64,000 nt of DNA from Chiloscyllium plagiosum. Its lineage: Eukaryota. Every line of letters begins with the position of its first letter. Within the stretch, counting starts at the first letter, position 1. Made by a program: the position numbers and the translations under genes. The stretch lies in NCBI RefSeq assembly GCF_004010195.1, contig NC_057749.1:8965787-9029786 (forward strand), written 5' to 3'. Below, one piece after another: positions 1-11,805 of the stretch. The notes beneath the pieces were generated by a model. That model saw only the letters and a program-made list of their open reading frames with translations. It did not search any database and was not told where the DNA came from.

Positions 1-621
1 ATTTATTGCCTGTCCCTACTTGCCCCACGAGAAGGTGATGGTGAGCTGCCTGATTGAACGGCTGCAGTCCCTGTGCTGAAATTAGACCCACAATGTCTTT
101 AGGTAGGCCATTCCAGGATCTTGACCCAGCGACACTGAAGCTGAAGGATTCTCCTGGCAGGTCGCAGAATCCCTACATGGGGACAGAGGTCATTCAGCCC
201 ATCAAGTCTGAACTGATCCTCTGAAGAGCATTCTACCTTGACCCAGCATCCCAAACCCTATCCCCCCAACACTGCATTTCCCATGGCTAATCCACTTAGC
301 CGACACGTCCCTGGACACTACTGTCAATTTAGCACAGTCAACGCACCTAACCTGCACATCTTCGGACTCTCTCCTCACCTGAGGTGTGCTGACCCTCAGG
401 TTAAAACACCACCAGTATTCACTGTCTAATGAGCGAGCAGACCTATTGTTTGGTAAGACTATGGTGACTTTACCTTTCCTGCTAATAAATGTTTCTAATT
501 TCACTTTTACCACTTTTAAGTCCCCTCACATTGACACTTGAAAACGAATACTATCTGCACAAGGCGGTTCACTGCCACCATCTCAGAGTGAAGCAAAATG
601 GGCAAGGAAGATCCTGGTGTC

Positions 622-930
622 CTTACAGAGTGGAAACAGGCCATTCGGCCCAACAAGTCCACACCAACTCTCTGAAGAGTATCACACCCAGACTCGTCCC
701 TCTCTACCCTGCATTTCCCATGGTTAACCTACACACCCCTGGATGCTATGGGCAATTTAGCATGGCAGGTCCATCTAACATACACATCTTTGGACTGTGG
801 GAAGAAACCAGAGCACCCCCACCGGGAGAATGTGTAAACTCCACACAGACAGTCACCCGAGATTGGAATTAAACCTGGGCCCCTGGTGCTGTGAGGCAGC
901 AATGCTAACCACTGAGCTATCGTGCTGGGC
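622..930 (-). mobile_element. HE1-type tRNA-derived SINE (V-SINE superfamily), diverged
   Basis: Reverse complement has a tRNA-like head (tagctcagtggttagcattgctgcctcacagcaccagg...ggtttaattcc), the central tgtgtggagttt...ttcttcccacagtccaaaga domain and a CR1-type tail (gggccgaatggcctgtttccac). Confidence 0.85.
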
Positions 931-1149
931 AAAAGGTGCATCTTTGTCTGTGTCGTTAGAACAAATGTAAATAAAATGTGCTCATTTTCTTCTGCAAGTT
1001 CAGTCCCGGACACATGGAGCCAGAACCAATGTGCTCTTGCTGCCTCCCAGTGGTTGATTTCAGGAACAGCAACTTGGAGGCAGCAGAGTTGTCAGGTGCA
1101 TACAGTACATAGGAACTGGTGGCAACAAAAGAAGCCTTTCAGCTCCTCT

Positions 1150-1283
1150 CATTCCTAACGAAGGGTGTTTCCCCGAAACGTCAACTGTCCTGCTCCTCAG
1201 ATGTTGCCTGGCCTCCTGTGCTTTTCCAGTGCCGCACTCTCGGCTCCGATCTTCAACATCTGCAGTCCCCACTTTCTCCCCTT
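1150..1283 (+). mobile_element. PLE family A terminal-repeat fragment with degenerate hammerhead motif
   Basis: ctaacgaagggtgtttccccgaaacgtc...gatgttgcctggcctcctgtgcttttccag...catctgcagtccccactttctcc matches the family A end seen about 12 times in the window. Confidence 0.75.
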
Positions 1284-1846
1284 ACCTGTGGCAGCTCTTG
1301 GAAGAAGCTGGAGAAATTCGAGTCAGTCTAGGGGAAAGAGAAAAATAATTTGGTAAGGCTGTTTTCCGGTGGCCAATGAGCCAGGAAGATGAGATTTAAT
1401 CCCCGGGATTGTGCTCAACAATTATCAAATGAACTCACTTGCAAACATGAGTTAGGAAGGGCAGGCTTGCATTCTGCCTTTAGGTTAAATGATGCGGGAC
1501 TCTTTCTTTTAATTCATTCACAGGACATGCGAATCGCTGGCTGGGTCAGCATTTATTGCCCATCCCTCGTCCTTAAGAAGGTGATGATAAGCTGCCTCTT
1601 TGAGTCCTTCCAGTCCATTTGGAGTGGCTCAATGGTTAGTACTGCTGCCTCACAGCACCAGGGAGCCAGGTTTAGTTCCAGCCTCGGGTGACTGTCTGTG
1701 TGGAGTTTGCATGTTCTCCCTGTTCTGGATGTAAATTTGCTCACTGAGGCGGAAGGTTTGTTTTCAGATGTTTCGTGACCATATTAGGTAACATCTCCAG
1801 TGAGCCTCTGGACAATGTACTGGTGGCATGGCCTGATTTCTATTTA

Positions 1847-2809
1847 GGGAGAAAGTGAGGTCTGCAGATGCTGGAGATCAGAGCTGAAAATGTATTGCTG
1901 GAAAAGCGCAGCAGGTCAGGCAGCATCCAGGGAACAGGAGAATCGACGTTTCGGGCATAAGCCCTTCTTCAGGAACGAGGAAAGTTTGTCCAGCAGGCTA
2001 AGATAAAAGGTAGGGGGGAGGGACTTGGGGGAGGGCCCCTCCCCCAAGTCCCTCCTCCCTACCTTTTATCTTAGCCTGCTGGACAAACTTTCCTCATTCC
2101 TGAAGAAGGGCTTATGCCCGAAACGTNNNNNNNNNNNNNNNNNNNNNNNNNNNNNNNNNNNNNNNNNNNNNNNNNNNNNNNNNNNNNNNNNNNNNNNNNN
2201 NNNNNNNNNNNNNNNNNNNNNNNNNNNNNNNNNNNNNNNNNNNNNNNNNNNNNNNNNNNNNNNNNNNNNNNNNNNNNNNNNNNNNNNNNNNNNNNNNNNN
2301 NNNNNNNNNNNNNNNNNNNNNNNNNNNNNNNNNNNNNNNNNNNNNNNNNNNNNNNNNNNNNNNNNNNNNNNNNNNNNNNNNNNNNNNNNNNNNNNNNNNN
2401 NNNNNNNNNNNNNNNNNNNNNNNNNNNNNNNNNNNNNNNNNNNNNNNNNNNNNNNNNNNNNNNNNNNNNNNNNNNNNNNNNNNNNNNNNNNNNNNNNNNN
2501 NNNNNNNNNNNNNNNNNNNNNNNNNNNNNNNNNNNNNNNNNNNNNNNNNNNNNNNNNNNNNNNNNNNNNNNNNNNNNNNNNNNNNNNNNNNNNNNNNNNN
2601 NNNNNNNNNNNNNNNNNNNNNNNNNNNNNNNNNNNNNNNNNNNNNNNNNNNNNNNNNNNNNNNNNNNNNNNNNNNNNCATCGTCGACCACGTTGGGGGGG
2701 AAATTGCGGTCCTTGAAGAAGGAGGCCATCTGGGTTGTGTGTTTTTGGAACTGGTCCTCCTGGGAGCAGATGCGGTGGAGTCGAAGGAATTGGGAGAATG
2801 GGATGATTT
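1847..2809. mobile_element. PLE family A insertion: inverted terminal arms plus internal ORF fragment, spanning the assembly gap
   Basis: Arms fold back at ggacttgggggagggcccctcccccaagtcc (about 2021-2051). 2678-2809 on - encodes ...MASFFKDRNFPPNVVD, a PLE ORF-like peptide. The 14-bp TSD ctgatttctattta lies at 1833-1846 and 2810-2823. Confidence 0.8.
2127..2677. other. Assembly gap (551 N)
   Basis: Run of N. Confidence 0.99.
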
Positions 2810-2961
2810 CTGATTTCTATTTATGTGTTTAGGTTTCCTTGGGTTGGTGATATCATTTCCTGTGGTGATGTCATTTCTGTTTTTTTTCTCAGGGGGTGAT
2901 AAGTGGGATCCAAGTCAATGTGTTTGCTGATAGAGTTCTGGTTGGTATGCCATGTTTACTA

Positions 2962-3219
2962 CACTACATTGGACAAACTGGCAGAAAACTAGCTACCAGG
3001 ATACATGAACATTAACTAGCCACAAAAAGACATGACCCTCTCTCACTAGAATCCTTACATACAGATAAGGAAGGACACCACTTCGACTGGGACAACACAT
3101 CCATCCTAGGACAAGCCAAACAGAGGCATGCACGAGAATTCCTAGAAGCATGGTATTCCAACCAGAACTCTATCAACAAACACATCGAGTTAGACCCCAT
3201 CTACCACCCCCTGAGAAAA
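2962..3219 (+). pseudogene. PLE GIY-YIG endonuclease C-terminal remnant
   Basis: Translates as HYIGQTGRKLATRIHEH*LATKRHDPLSL...HHFDWDNTSILGQAKQRHAREFLEAWYSNQNSINKHIELDPIYHPLRK, with the YIGQT, R..EH, FDW, LEA and SIN motifs and one in-frame stop. Confidence 0.9.
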
Positions 3220-3322
3220 ATACCAGAAATTACATCACCACAGGAAATGATGTCACCAATCCAAGGAAACATAAACACATAAATAGAAAGCGGGCCATGC
3301 CTCCAGTGCTTCATCCGGAGGC

Positions 3323-3362
3323 TCACTGAAGATGTTACTCAGTATGGTGACGAAACTTCTGA
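3323..3362 (+). ncRNA. Minimal type I hammerhead ribozyme motif, PLE family D (this copy is slightly mutated)
   Basis: tca CTGAAGA t gttac-tcagtatg-gtgac GAAA ct TC tga; stem I tca/tga. Related copies lie on - at about 1764-1803 and 26990-27030. Confidence 0.6.
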
Positions 3363-4097
3363 AAACAAACCTTCCAGCTCAGTGAGCAAACCTACATCCA
3401 GAACCTTAACCTGAGCTACAAATCTTCTCAAAACTCGCTATGTTCTCCCTGTGTCTGCATGGGTTTCCTCCCACTGTCCAAAGGTGTGCAGGTTAGCCCC
3501 TGGAGAGAGGATATTCTTGTGGCGATGCCTCCCACGGTGCAGTAGTGCCACCAACTCTCACTGTGAAGACTCACAGCTGAGTGTTGGCCACTGGGAAAGG
3601 AGTGAGAGAACCTGTCCTGGAGGTATGACAATCAGCAATAGCTTGACAAGAAAGGACAGGGCGAGAGAAACATTGCAAATCTCAGAGGAGGAAGACTTTC
3701 CCTTCCCTATCAAAAAAAAGACATTCTCTTCAAGAAAGAAATTAAGATATTTTCTAGCTGGAATTTGTCCTTTGAAGCAGTGAAGTTAGTTTACGTACAT
3801 GTATTTTCTTAAAGGTGACACAAGGGGGCAGTATTAGCTCTGCATGTCAGCTATAGTAAGTGGCAAGCATTTGAGCTATTTTTCCCAGCATGCCTTTCAC
3901 CCTGAGAGCTCTGAACTTGTCCTTGTGTTGTGTACCATGGCAATGACTGCAAAATGAAATAAGACCAGAAATGAAACTCCTCTAATTCACATAAATGAAT
4001 GGAAACTAAAACAGAGTCATTGAAACCGAATAATGCACCTTCCATTCCATAATATCAAAACATCCTTGCTGCCAAGGCAACAGGAAGTTTGAAAGAT

Positions 4098-4412
4098 TAG
4101 TTTAGATTCGCTACAGTGTGGAAACAGGCCCTTCGGCCCAACCAGTCCACACAACCCTCCGAAGAGTAACCCACCCAGACCCAATTCCCTCTGAATGATG
4201 CACGTAACACTATGGGCAATTTAGCATGGCCAATTCACCTGACCTGCACATCTTTGGACCGTGGGAGGAAACTGGAGCACCCAGAGGAAATCCACGCAGA
4301 CACGGGGAGAACGTGCAAACTCCACGCAGACAGTTGCCCGAGGCTGGAATTGAACAGGGACCCTGGGTGCTATGAGGCAGCAGTGCTGACCACTGAGCCA
4401 CCTTGCCACCCC
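4098..4412 (-). mobile_element. HE1 SINE, near full length
   Basis: tRNA-like head, central domain and CR1-type tail ending in (tctaa)-like repeats. Confidence 0.9.
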
Positions 4413-5137
4413 ATGAAAGCCAGCAATGGGCTACAATACAAATTTGAAACTAACAACTGCGCCTTGCCAAACTTTAGACCATAAAATATAGGAACAGAAT
4501 TAGGCCATTCGACCCATCAAGTATGGCTGCTAGGTTTCTCAACCCCACTCCCCATAACCCTTGATCCCCTTACTAATACAGAATTACAGTTTGTGTTTTA
4601 TTGGAAGCCACTGCTTTCTCTCCTGGCTGAGTTATAACTTCTGTTTCTCTCATATCGAGCTCCATGTGATACAGCCCTCCACCCATGTCTTGTTCTACTG
4701 GACTTGAGGCTGTTAATCCTCTGGGATTCCTCTGGAGCTTCCTGGACTTGAAAACTAATCCCTGAACTATCCTCGTTCTTTCCCATTAACCCAGGGGTTA
4801 CGTCTTTTTAATAAAATTCTCACTAACGTAAGCAGAACTCTTCTGAGAATGATTAAACGCGACTAAAATTAACTTTCCCCTGATTTTACTCACAGGCAGT
4901 GTCCCAGAAAGTAGCATCGATTGTTGAGAAAACCCATCTGGTTCACTAATGTCCTTTAGGGAAGGAAACTGCCATCCTTACCTGGTCTGGCTTACATGTG
5001 ACTCCAGACCCACAGCAATGTCGTTGACTCTCAACTGCCCTCTGGGCAATTAGGGATGGACAAGCCCGTAACACAAACCTTTTATCAATTAATTAAAAAA
5101 AGCCCCTCAATTCAAGGGCAATTCAGGCATGACAACA

Positions 5138-5392
5138 AGGGTGGCACAGTGGCTCAGTGGTTAGTGCTGCTGCCTCACAGCACCAGGGGTTCGATTCCAG
5201 CCTTGGGTGACTGTGTGGAGTTTCTGTGTGATTCCGTTCACAGTCTAAGGATACACAGTTAAGTGCATTAGCCATGGTAAATGCAGGGCTACAGGAATAA
5301 GGTAGGGGGTTGGGTCTGTATGGGTTGCTCTTCGGAACGCTGGTGTGGACTCAATGGGTCGAATGGCCTGCTTCCACACGGTAGGGATTCCA
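5138..5392 (+). mobile_element. HE1 SINE, internally deleted
   Basis: ggtggcacagtggctcagtggttagtgctgctgcctcacagcacc head and tail ...gaatggcctgcttccacacggtagggattc. Confidence 0.8.
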
Positions 5393-5394
5393 TG

Positions 5395-6365
5395 GTAAAA
5401 AATGGATGAAAATGTCAATGAGTGGGTTAGTAAGTTTGCAGACAATATGAAGATCGATGGAGTTGTGGATAGTGGAGAAGGTTCCTCATGGATACAGTGG
5501 GATATAGTTCAGTTGCAGCTCTAAGCAGCGAAATAGCAGATGGAGTTTAATCCGGGTAAGTGTGAGGTGCTGCACTTTGGTAGATCAAATGTTAAGGAAA
5601 AGTATACAGTTACTGGCAGAATCCTGAGTAGCATCGATGTACAGAGAGATCTTGGGGTTCAAATCCATAACTCCCTGAAAGTAGCCACACCTGTAGTTAG
5701 GGTGGAAAGGAAGGTGTATGGCATGCTTGCCTTTATTGGTCGGGAAATTGAGTACAAGAGTCAGAATGTCATGTTGCAGCTTTATAAGACTTTGGTTAGG
5801 CCACACTTAGAGTATTGTATTCAATTCTGGTCGCCACATTACAGAAAGGATGTGGATGCTTTGGAGAGGGTGCAGAGTAGGTTTACCAGGATGCTGCCTG
5901 GATTAGAGGGTATGAGCTATAAGGAGAGGCTGGTAAAGCTCAGGTTATTTTCTCTGGAGCGGCAAAAACTGAGGGGAGATTTGAGAGAAGTCTATTAAAT
6001 TATGAGATGCATAGATAGAGTTGACAGTCAGAATCTTTTTTCCCGGAGTTGAAATGTCTAATAGTAGGGGGCATGCATTTAATATGAGAGGGGGAAAGTT
6101 CAAAGGAGATGGGGAGGTGGGGGGGGGGGGCAAGTTTTTTACACAGAGAGTGATAGGATTCTGGAATGCACTGCCGGGGGTGGTGGAGGAGGCTGGTATG
6201 ATAGGGCTGTGTAAGGGGCTTTTAGATAAGGACATGAATATGCAAGGAAGGCAGGGATATGGACCATGTGCAGGCAGGAGGGGTTAGTTTAATTTGGCAT
6301 CATGTTCAGCACAATATTGTGGTCTGAAGGGACCATTCCTCTGCTGTACTGATCTACATTCTAGG
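5395..6365 (+). mobile_element. CR1/HER1 LINE 3' fragment (end of RT, thumb, C-terminus and 3' UTR)
   Basis: KFADN remnant at about 5432; ORF 5540-5998 MEFNPGKCEVLHFG...RDLGV...LYKTLVRPHLEYCIQFWSPHY...LERVQSRFTRM...LRGDL; continues in ORF 6021-6287 with RGHAF...FFTQRVIGFWNALP. Confidence 0.95.
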
Positions 6366-6919
6366 TTCGAAATGCTGGCCCTCTCATTGACGCCCACATG
6401 CCACGAAAGAGGTGGAGGGGCAAAGGAGGGGGAAGATGGGGGGTGATGGAGGGGTAGATAGAAGGTTGAAAGAGTTGGAAATGGGGTAAGCTCAACATCC
6501 CCTCCCCCTACCCCTTTCCCCTCTAAACAACTATTGCAACCCTGCTCCCCCAAACCTTCACCCTGGGGTCACACAGAATTTGAGGCATTAAAGTGGAGGG
6601 GGGCTGGGGCAAGGAGCTCACACTGGGGGATCACATGGTGGAAATCAAAACTGAAAGGGATCGGAAGGCATGCAGGAAACCAGATCACAGTGAGGTCTCA
6701 GATACACACCTCTTCACAAGCAGCAGCTCTTCATGATATCCTCTTCCAAGCCCCGTGAGGGAACCGAAACAAACATCAGAGCGAGGGCAGTTTGTTTGCA
6801 AAATGCTCGTGGATTGTCCATGACTTTCAGTTTGATTAATGGGTTGTTCTGTGCCACTTTCAACAGTCTGAATGTCTCTGCCTCAGGAAAAACCAGTTGA
6901 GTCCCAAAATATTCATAAA

Positions 6920-7017
6920 GGAAAACAGAAATTGTTGGAAAAGCACAGCAGGTCTGGCAGCATCTGTAGAGAGAAATCAGAGTTAACGTTTCAGGTCGAG
7001 TGACCCTTCCTCAGAAT
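6920..7017 (-). mobile_element. PLE family C terminal fragment with an intact hammerhead core
   Basis: Minus strand: tt CTGAGGA a gggtc-actc-gacct GAAA cg TT aa ctctgatttctctctacagatgctgccagacctgctg. Confidence 0.75.
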
Positions 7018-7149
7018 GCAATCCCAAAAATACCCGTGCTTGTCGAGATGATCTTCAGGTGATTCTTTTTTTGTCTCCAATTCACACGTTTCTCATGTCT
7101 GGAAGATCAAACTTCCTAAATGTCAGCGGCAGTATTGTCGAAGAGAGCT

Positions 7150-7372
7150 GCTCACCACAATTGTACCAGACTCCAGGTCAGCTCTCTGATTGGAGAACAG
7201 GGATAGGAGATGGTTTAACTTGATTGTCACTGCACCTCAGGCAAGAGGAGAGATTGAGAAGGAGAGTTTGCCAAGGTGGCTTCCACTGGTGTAGGAATTG
7301 AACCAACACTGTCGCTATCACTCTGCATTGCAAACCAGCCAGTCAGCCAATGGAGCTACCCAACCTGACCCA
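7150..7372 (-). mobile_element. tRNA-derived SINE of a second family (tail ...actatggtgactttacc)
   Basis: Same family at about 370-480, 8477-8675, 26700-26880, 36330-36500, 38190-38355, 54845-55040 and 63185-63370. Head agctcagttggctg...gggttcaattcc; body ttctcaacctctcccct.cctgagg...cctcaggttaaaccacc. Confidence 0.7.
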
Positions 7373-7859
7373 ACATAAAGTGGCGTGGTGGCTCAGTGGT
7401 TAGCACTGCTGCCTCACAGTGCCCAAATGAAGGACTCTCCTTCTCAACATCTCCACTTGCCAAATGTACTGGGTGCCAAAGTTGCCAAGTTCCTTATGGC
7501 GCTAAGTTTTGTAATTGTGTTATTTTTCTTTGCAAGTGTGTAGCTGCCGCTCTGTTTTTGACCTGGTGAATCAATGACAACTCGCACTTCCATTAGTCTG
7601 AGTGAGCCACTCAGCTATAGTTGTAGCCTGGACTGGGTGACAGTAAGTGCCCCACTCATTGTTTGCAGTTCAACTCCGCAACGTGCTCACATTTGCCTTT
7701 CCCCAGAAAGTAGGAAGCCTCTTGAATATTGTTCCAAGTTGATGTAATGGATTTCCTTCCAGAGAAAGCTGGGCTGGTTGGGGCAGAAATAGCCTCTCAT
7801 AGCAGGAAGCCAACATCATAATGTGCAGGGAGTGACCATTGACCAAAGCCTAGCTAGCC

Positions 7860-8450
7860 TAGTTGCAAACACAGCATAGCTACAACAGCGGTTCACAGGC
7901 CTGAGATTCTGCAATGACTAGCTGACTCCCCAGACCATGTCCACCATCTACAAGACAAAGATCTGGAGTGTGATGGGGTACTTGCCATTTGCCAGGATGT
8001 GTGCATCTCAAACGACACTCCAGAGTCTCATTACCATCCAGGAAAAGGCAAACCACTTGACTGGCACCACATCCACCACCTTAAATGTTCACTCCTTCAA
8101 ATCACCAACAGACAGCAGCAAGTCTGTATTCCATCTACAATGCTCACTGCATTAACTCACCAGGCTCATTAGACAGCACCTTCCAATCCCTACCATCTAA
8201 AAGAATAAGGGCAGAAAGGGAAAACCATCAAGTTCCCCTCCGAGCCACTCACCACCTTGACTTGGAAATATATCACTGTTTCTTCACTGTCACTGGGTCA
8301 GAATCTTGGAACTCCATCTCTAACAGTATTGCGGATTAACCTGCAGCATGTGGACTGCAGCAGTTCAAGAAGGCAGCTCACCACCACCTTCTCAAGGGTA
8401 TTTCAGGATGGGTAATAAATGCTGGCTTAGTCAGGGTTGCACGCATCCTG
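7860..8450 (+). mobile_element. 3' end of a second CR1-clade LINE family (non-HER1)
   Basis: TIYKTKIWSVMGYLPFARM...TTLQSLITIQEKA resembles the CR1 thumb. The 3' tail gttcaagaaggcagctcaccaccaccttctc...ggtaataaatgctggc recurs at 1-140, 38810-39120 and 57385-57960 on either strand. Confidence 0.7.
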
Positions 8451-8684
8451 GTGAAAAAATGTATTGTCATGAATCAAGGTAAAGTCACCACAATTGTACC
8501 AGACTTCAGGGCTGCTCTCTGATTGGAGATGGTTTAATTTGATTGTCACTGCACCTCAGGCAAGAGAAAAGGTTAAGAAGGAGAGTTTGCTAAGGTGGCT
8601 TCCACCGGTGTAGGAATCGAACCAACACTGTCGCCATCACTCAGCGAGTCAGCCAATGGAGCTACCCAACCCAACCTGATGTAG

Positions 8685-9020
8685 AGCAGCATGGTTCCTC
8701 AGTGGTTAGTACCGCTGCCTCACAGCAACAGGGACCTGGGTTCAATCCCATCCTCGGGCGACTGTCTGTATGGAGTTTGCACTTTCCCCGTGTCTGCATG
8801 GGCTTCCTCCAGGTGCTCCAGTTTCCTCCCACAGTCCAAAGATGTGCAGGTTAGGGTGAATTGGCCATGCTAGTTTGTCCCATAGTGTCCAGGGATGTGT
8901 AGGTTAGGTGCATTAATCAGGAGAAATGTAGAATAATAGGGTGGAGGAATGGGTCTGGGTGAGACCCTCTTCTGAGGGTTGGTGTGGACTTGTTGGGCTA
9001 AAGGGTCTGTTTCTATGATT
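8685..9020 (+). mobile_element. HE1 SINE
   Basis: Head, central domain and tail are all present. Confidence 0.85.
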
Positions 9021-10200
9021 GATGAATCCCAGCTGTATTCGTGTTCAGGACGATGAGCAGTGACAACACATTGGTACCTCATAAAACTAATATTGACCCC
9101 ATCCTGCTCCAGTGTGTAATTTGTAGTCAGAGGTTAGTGCTACTTACTCAGTTGAAGAACTCTTTTCCAAATTGATCATCCCATTAAAAATTATACAATT
9201 CATAACGTGAGATTGCTCAAAATGGAATATTGTAATAATGTTTTTAAGGAAACAGGTATTTTGGAATTCTAATGTGTTTTTGAGAACTGTGTGTGCCTAC
9301 TCTCCAAAACTCAATGTATTCTTCGTTTGAAGTTTCATGCAGTCTGTCCCTACCCTCTACATTCACACCTAGCCAGCACTCACCTGCCAGTCATCTCCTT
9401 ACACTCGAACAGAGTGCCAGTCCCTCGCCCAAGATTGTTGTCCATTCTTAAGACTCAATCCATAAGCATTTCTACTCTCACAAGTCTATGGATTCCAAAG
9501 CAGATGCTAAACAATCATGAGTGTGTCTATAGCTACGCTAATAACCCATAGAAGATAATCAATTGAGATTGTAATACAGCTCATTCAGGGGAGGCCATGG
9601 CTTAGTGGTATCATAACTAGAATATTAATCCAGAAACCCAGGGAATATTCTGGGAACCAGGATTTGAATCCCACCATGCCTAATGATGGAATTTGCATTC
9701 ACTAAAAATCTGGAGCCAAGAGTTCATAGAATCCCTAAAGTATGGAAGCAAGCCATTCAGTTCACTGAGTCCATACTGACCCTCTGAAGTGCAGCTCACC
9801 CCCTATCCTAATCCCTGCATTTCCCATGGCCAATCCACCTAACCTGCACATCTTTGGGTTGTGGGAGGTATCTAGAGGGAACCCCTGGAGACATGGGAAG
9901 AATGTGTAAACTCTACACAGATAGTCACCTGAGGCTGGAATCGAACCCAAGTACCTGGCACTGTGAAACAGCAGTGCTAACCACTGAGCCATTGCTCCAC
10001 CCCATGTATTGCACATCCTTAATTGTTGCTTGAAGTGAGTGGCTTTCTAGGTCACTTAGGCAGTCAGTGAATAGTCAACCCCATTGCTGTGGGTCTGCAG
10101 TCACATGTCGGCCAGACCAGGTAAGCATGGCAAATTTCCGTCCCTGAAAGACATTATTGAGCCAGATGGGTTTTTACACCACTTGACAATCAATGATGGC

Positions 10201-10296
10201 TTCCTGAAGAAGGGCTCATGCCCGAAACGTCGATTCTCCTGCTCCTTGGATGCTGCCTGACCTGCTGCGCCTTTCCAGCAACACTTTTTCAGCTTC
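10201..10296 (+). ncRNA. PLE family A fragment with an intact minimal hammerhead core
   Basis: tc CTGAAGA a gggc-tcat-gccc GAAA cg TC ga at 10202-10233. Confidence 0.7.
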
Positions 10297-10626
10297 ATTG
10301 TCACCTTGACTGGGACAGATTAATTGAATTTAAAATCCACTCTGGTTGGGTTGGTGGGATTTGAGCTCATGTTCCTGGAGCATTAAACTGGGTCTCTGGC
10401 TTCGTAATCCAATGCTTCCCCCCTAATTGGAATAGGGCAGTTTAAAGAGAGACTTCACAGAATCACAGAGCTATTCCAGTGTACAGTAGGAGGCCATTCA
10501 GCCCATCGCGTCTGCCCTGTCTCACCAAATGGGCATCATGAGTTAGTGACATCTGAAAAAGTGTTCTAAATCATGTCAGATTTAGACAGAGCAAACAGGG
10601 AGAAACTGGAAAGAGCCTTTAGTGTT

Positions 10627-10940
10627 TAGATTAGATTAGATTACAGTGTGGAAACAGGCCCTTCGGCCCAACAAGTCCACACCGACCCGCCGAAGCGCAA
10701 CCCACCCATACCCCTACATTTGCCCCTTATCTAACACTACGGGCAATTTAGCATGGCCAATTCACCTGACCCTGCACATCTTTTGGACTGTGGGAGGAAA
10801 CCGGAGCACCCGGAGGAAACCCACGCAGACACGGGGAGGACGTGCAAACTCCACACAGTCAGTCGCCTGAGGCGGGAATTGAACCCGGGTCCCTGGCGCT
10901 GCGAGGCAGCAGTGCTAACCACTGTGCCACCGTGTCGCCC
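10627..10940 (-). mobile_element. HE1 SINE, young CpG-rich subfamily
   Basis: Nearly identical to copies at 41980-42283, 48324-48637 and 63864-64000; (tctaa)n tail. Confidence 0.95.
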
Positions 10941-11473
10941 ACTATGCCACCGTGCCTTGTTAACTACACGTGACAGATAGATGGTAGTTGGTCACTCAGA
11001 AGAGAGAGGAGAATTCCTACACGCTCTCTGGAATGTGCTGCCTAAAAGGGCAGTGAAGCAGTTTCAATAATGACAGTTTCAAAGAGGTGTCAGAAGGGGA
11101 TAAAGCAATGAAGTGGGACTAATTGGATATTCCACCATTCACATAAGATGTTAAATCAAGCCAGGCCTCTCAGATCGGCAGAAGTGAGGACTGCAGGTGC
11201 TGGAAACCAGAATCTAGATTAGAGTGGAAAAGCACAGCAAGTCAGGCAGCATTTGAGGAGCAGGAAAATCGACGTTTCAGGCAAAAGCCCTTCATCAGGA
11301 ATGCCATATGAAATCCCATGGTACTGCTTTCAGGAAGAACGAGAAATCCTCCTTCATCTCCTGCATGTCCCTTTATCGGCATCAGTGAGAACCACATTGT
11401 CTAGTCATTATCACATTGCTGTCTGTGGGAGGCTGTGTGCAAGCTGACTGTGGAGTTTCCTACATTACAATAT

Positions 11474-11805
11474 TAGCACTCTTGCCTCTGAGTCATGAGA
11501 TTCTGGATTCAAATCCCACTCCAGGACTTGAGCACAAAAGTCAAGACTGTTCCTTCCACAGCAGCACCAAGGGAGTGCTGCACTGTCAGGGAAACCATCT
11601 TTCAAAGGAGCTATTAAACCAAGGCTTCATCTGTCTGCAAAGGGGTTCCCAAGACAGGATTTGGGAAAAGGATCTCCTGGCTAATATTCATCCTTGAATT
11701 GACATCACAAAGTGATAATCTGGACGACATCACATCATTATTAGTGGGATCTTGCTGTGCACATATTTGACACCACAATTCTGACATTACAACAATGACT
11801 GTGCT
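11474..11805 (+). mobile_element. Deu-domain SINE (SacSINE1/AmnSINE1-like), diverged
   Basis: ttagcactcttgcctctgagtca...ggattcaaatcccactccaggacttgagcac...gggagtgctgcactgtc...aatattcatcc...ttgctgtgcac. Relatives lie at about 41860-41955 with 42300-42410, 53280-53450 and 60810-61060. Confidence 0.65.

Larger units (their letters stand above)
1724..3439 (+). mobile_element. PLE family D (Penelope/Poseidon-like) 3' end with an inverted partial terminal repeat
   Basis: 1724-1846 plus 2824-2955 is the reverse complement of about 3145-3402; a GIY-YIG coding remnant and a hammerhead-like motif lie on +; 13-bp TSD. Confidence 0.85.
1621..3497 (+). mobile_element. HE1 SINE split by a nested PLE insertion
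   Basis: SINE 5' half at 1621-1723 resumes at 3440; atgttctccctgt is duplicated at 1711-1723 and 3440-3452. Confidence 0.8.

Noticed and set aside
2025..2813. Four ORFs of 200-262 aa
   Set aside because: Artefacts of translating through the N gap.
4598..4786. 62-aa minus-strand ORF in unique-looking sequence
   Set aside because: No recognisable domain and no convincing splice sites.
5540..5998. 152-aa ORF as a host gene
   Set aside because: It is the C-terminal part of a CR1 ORF2 with flanking stops and frameshifts; the same holds for ORFs at 44789, 56366, 30614 and 49014 (Rex1).
6405..6525. G-rich tract followed by a C-rich tract (possible G-quadruplex or hairpin)
   Set aside because: Low complexity with no supporting context; cannot be told from decayed repeat.
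10880..10940. tRNA-like A and B boxes here and at other SINE heads
   Set aside because: They continue into HE1 body sequence; these are SINE heads, not tRNA genes.
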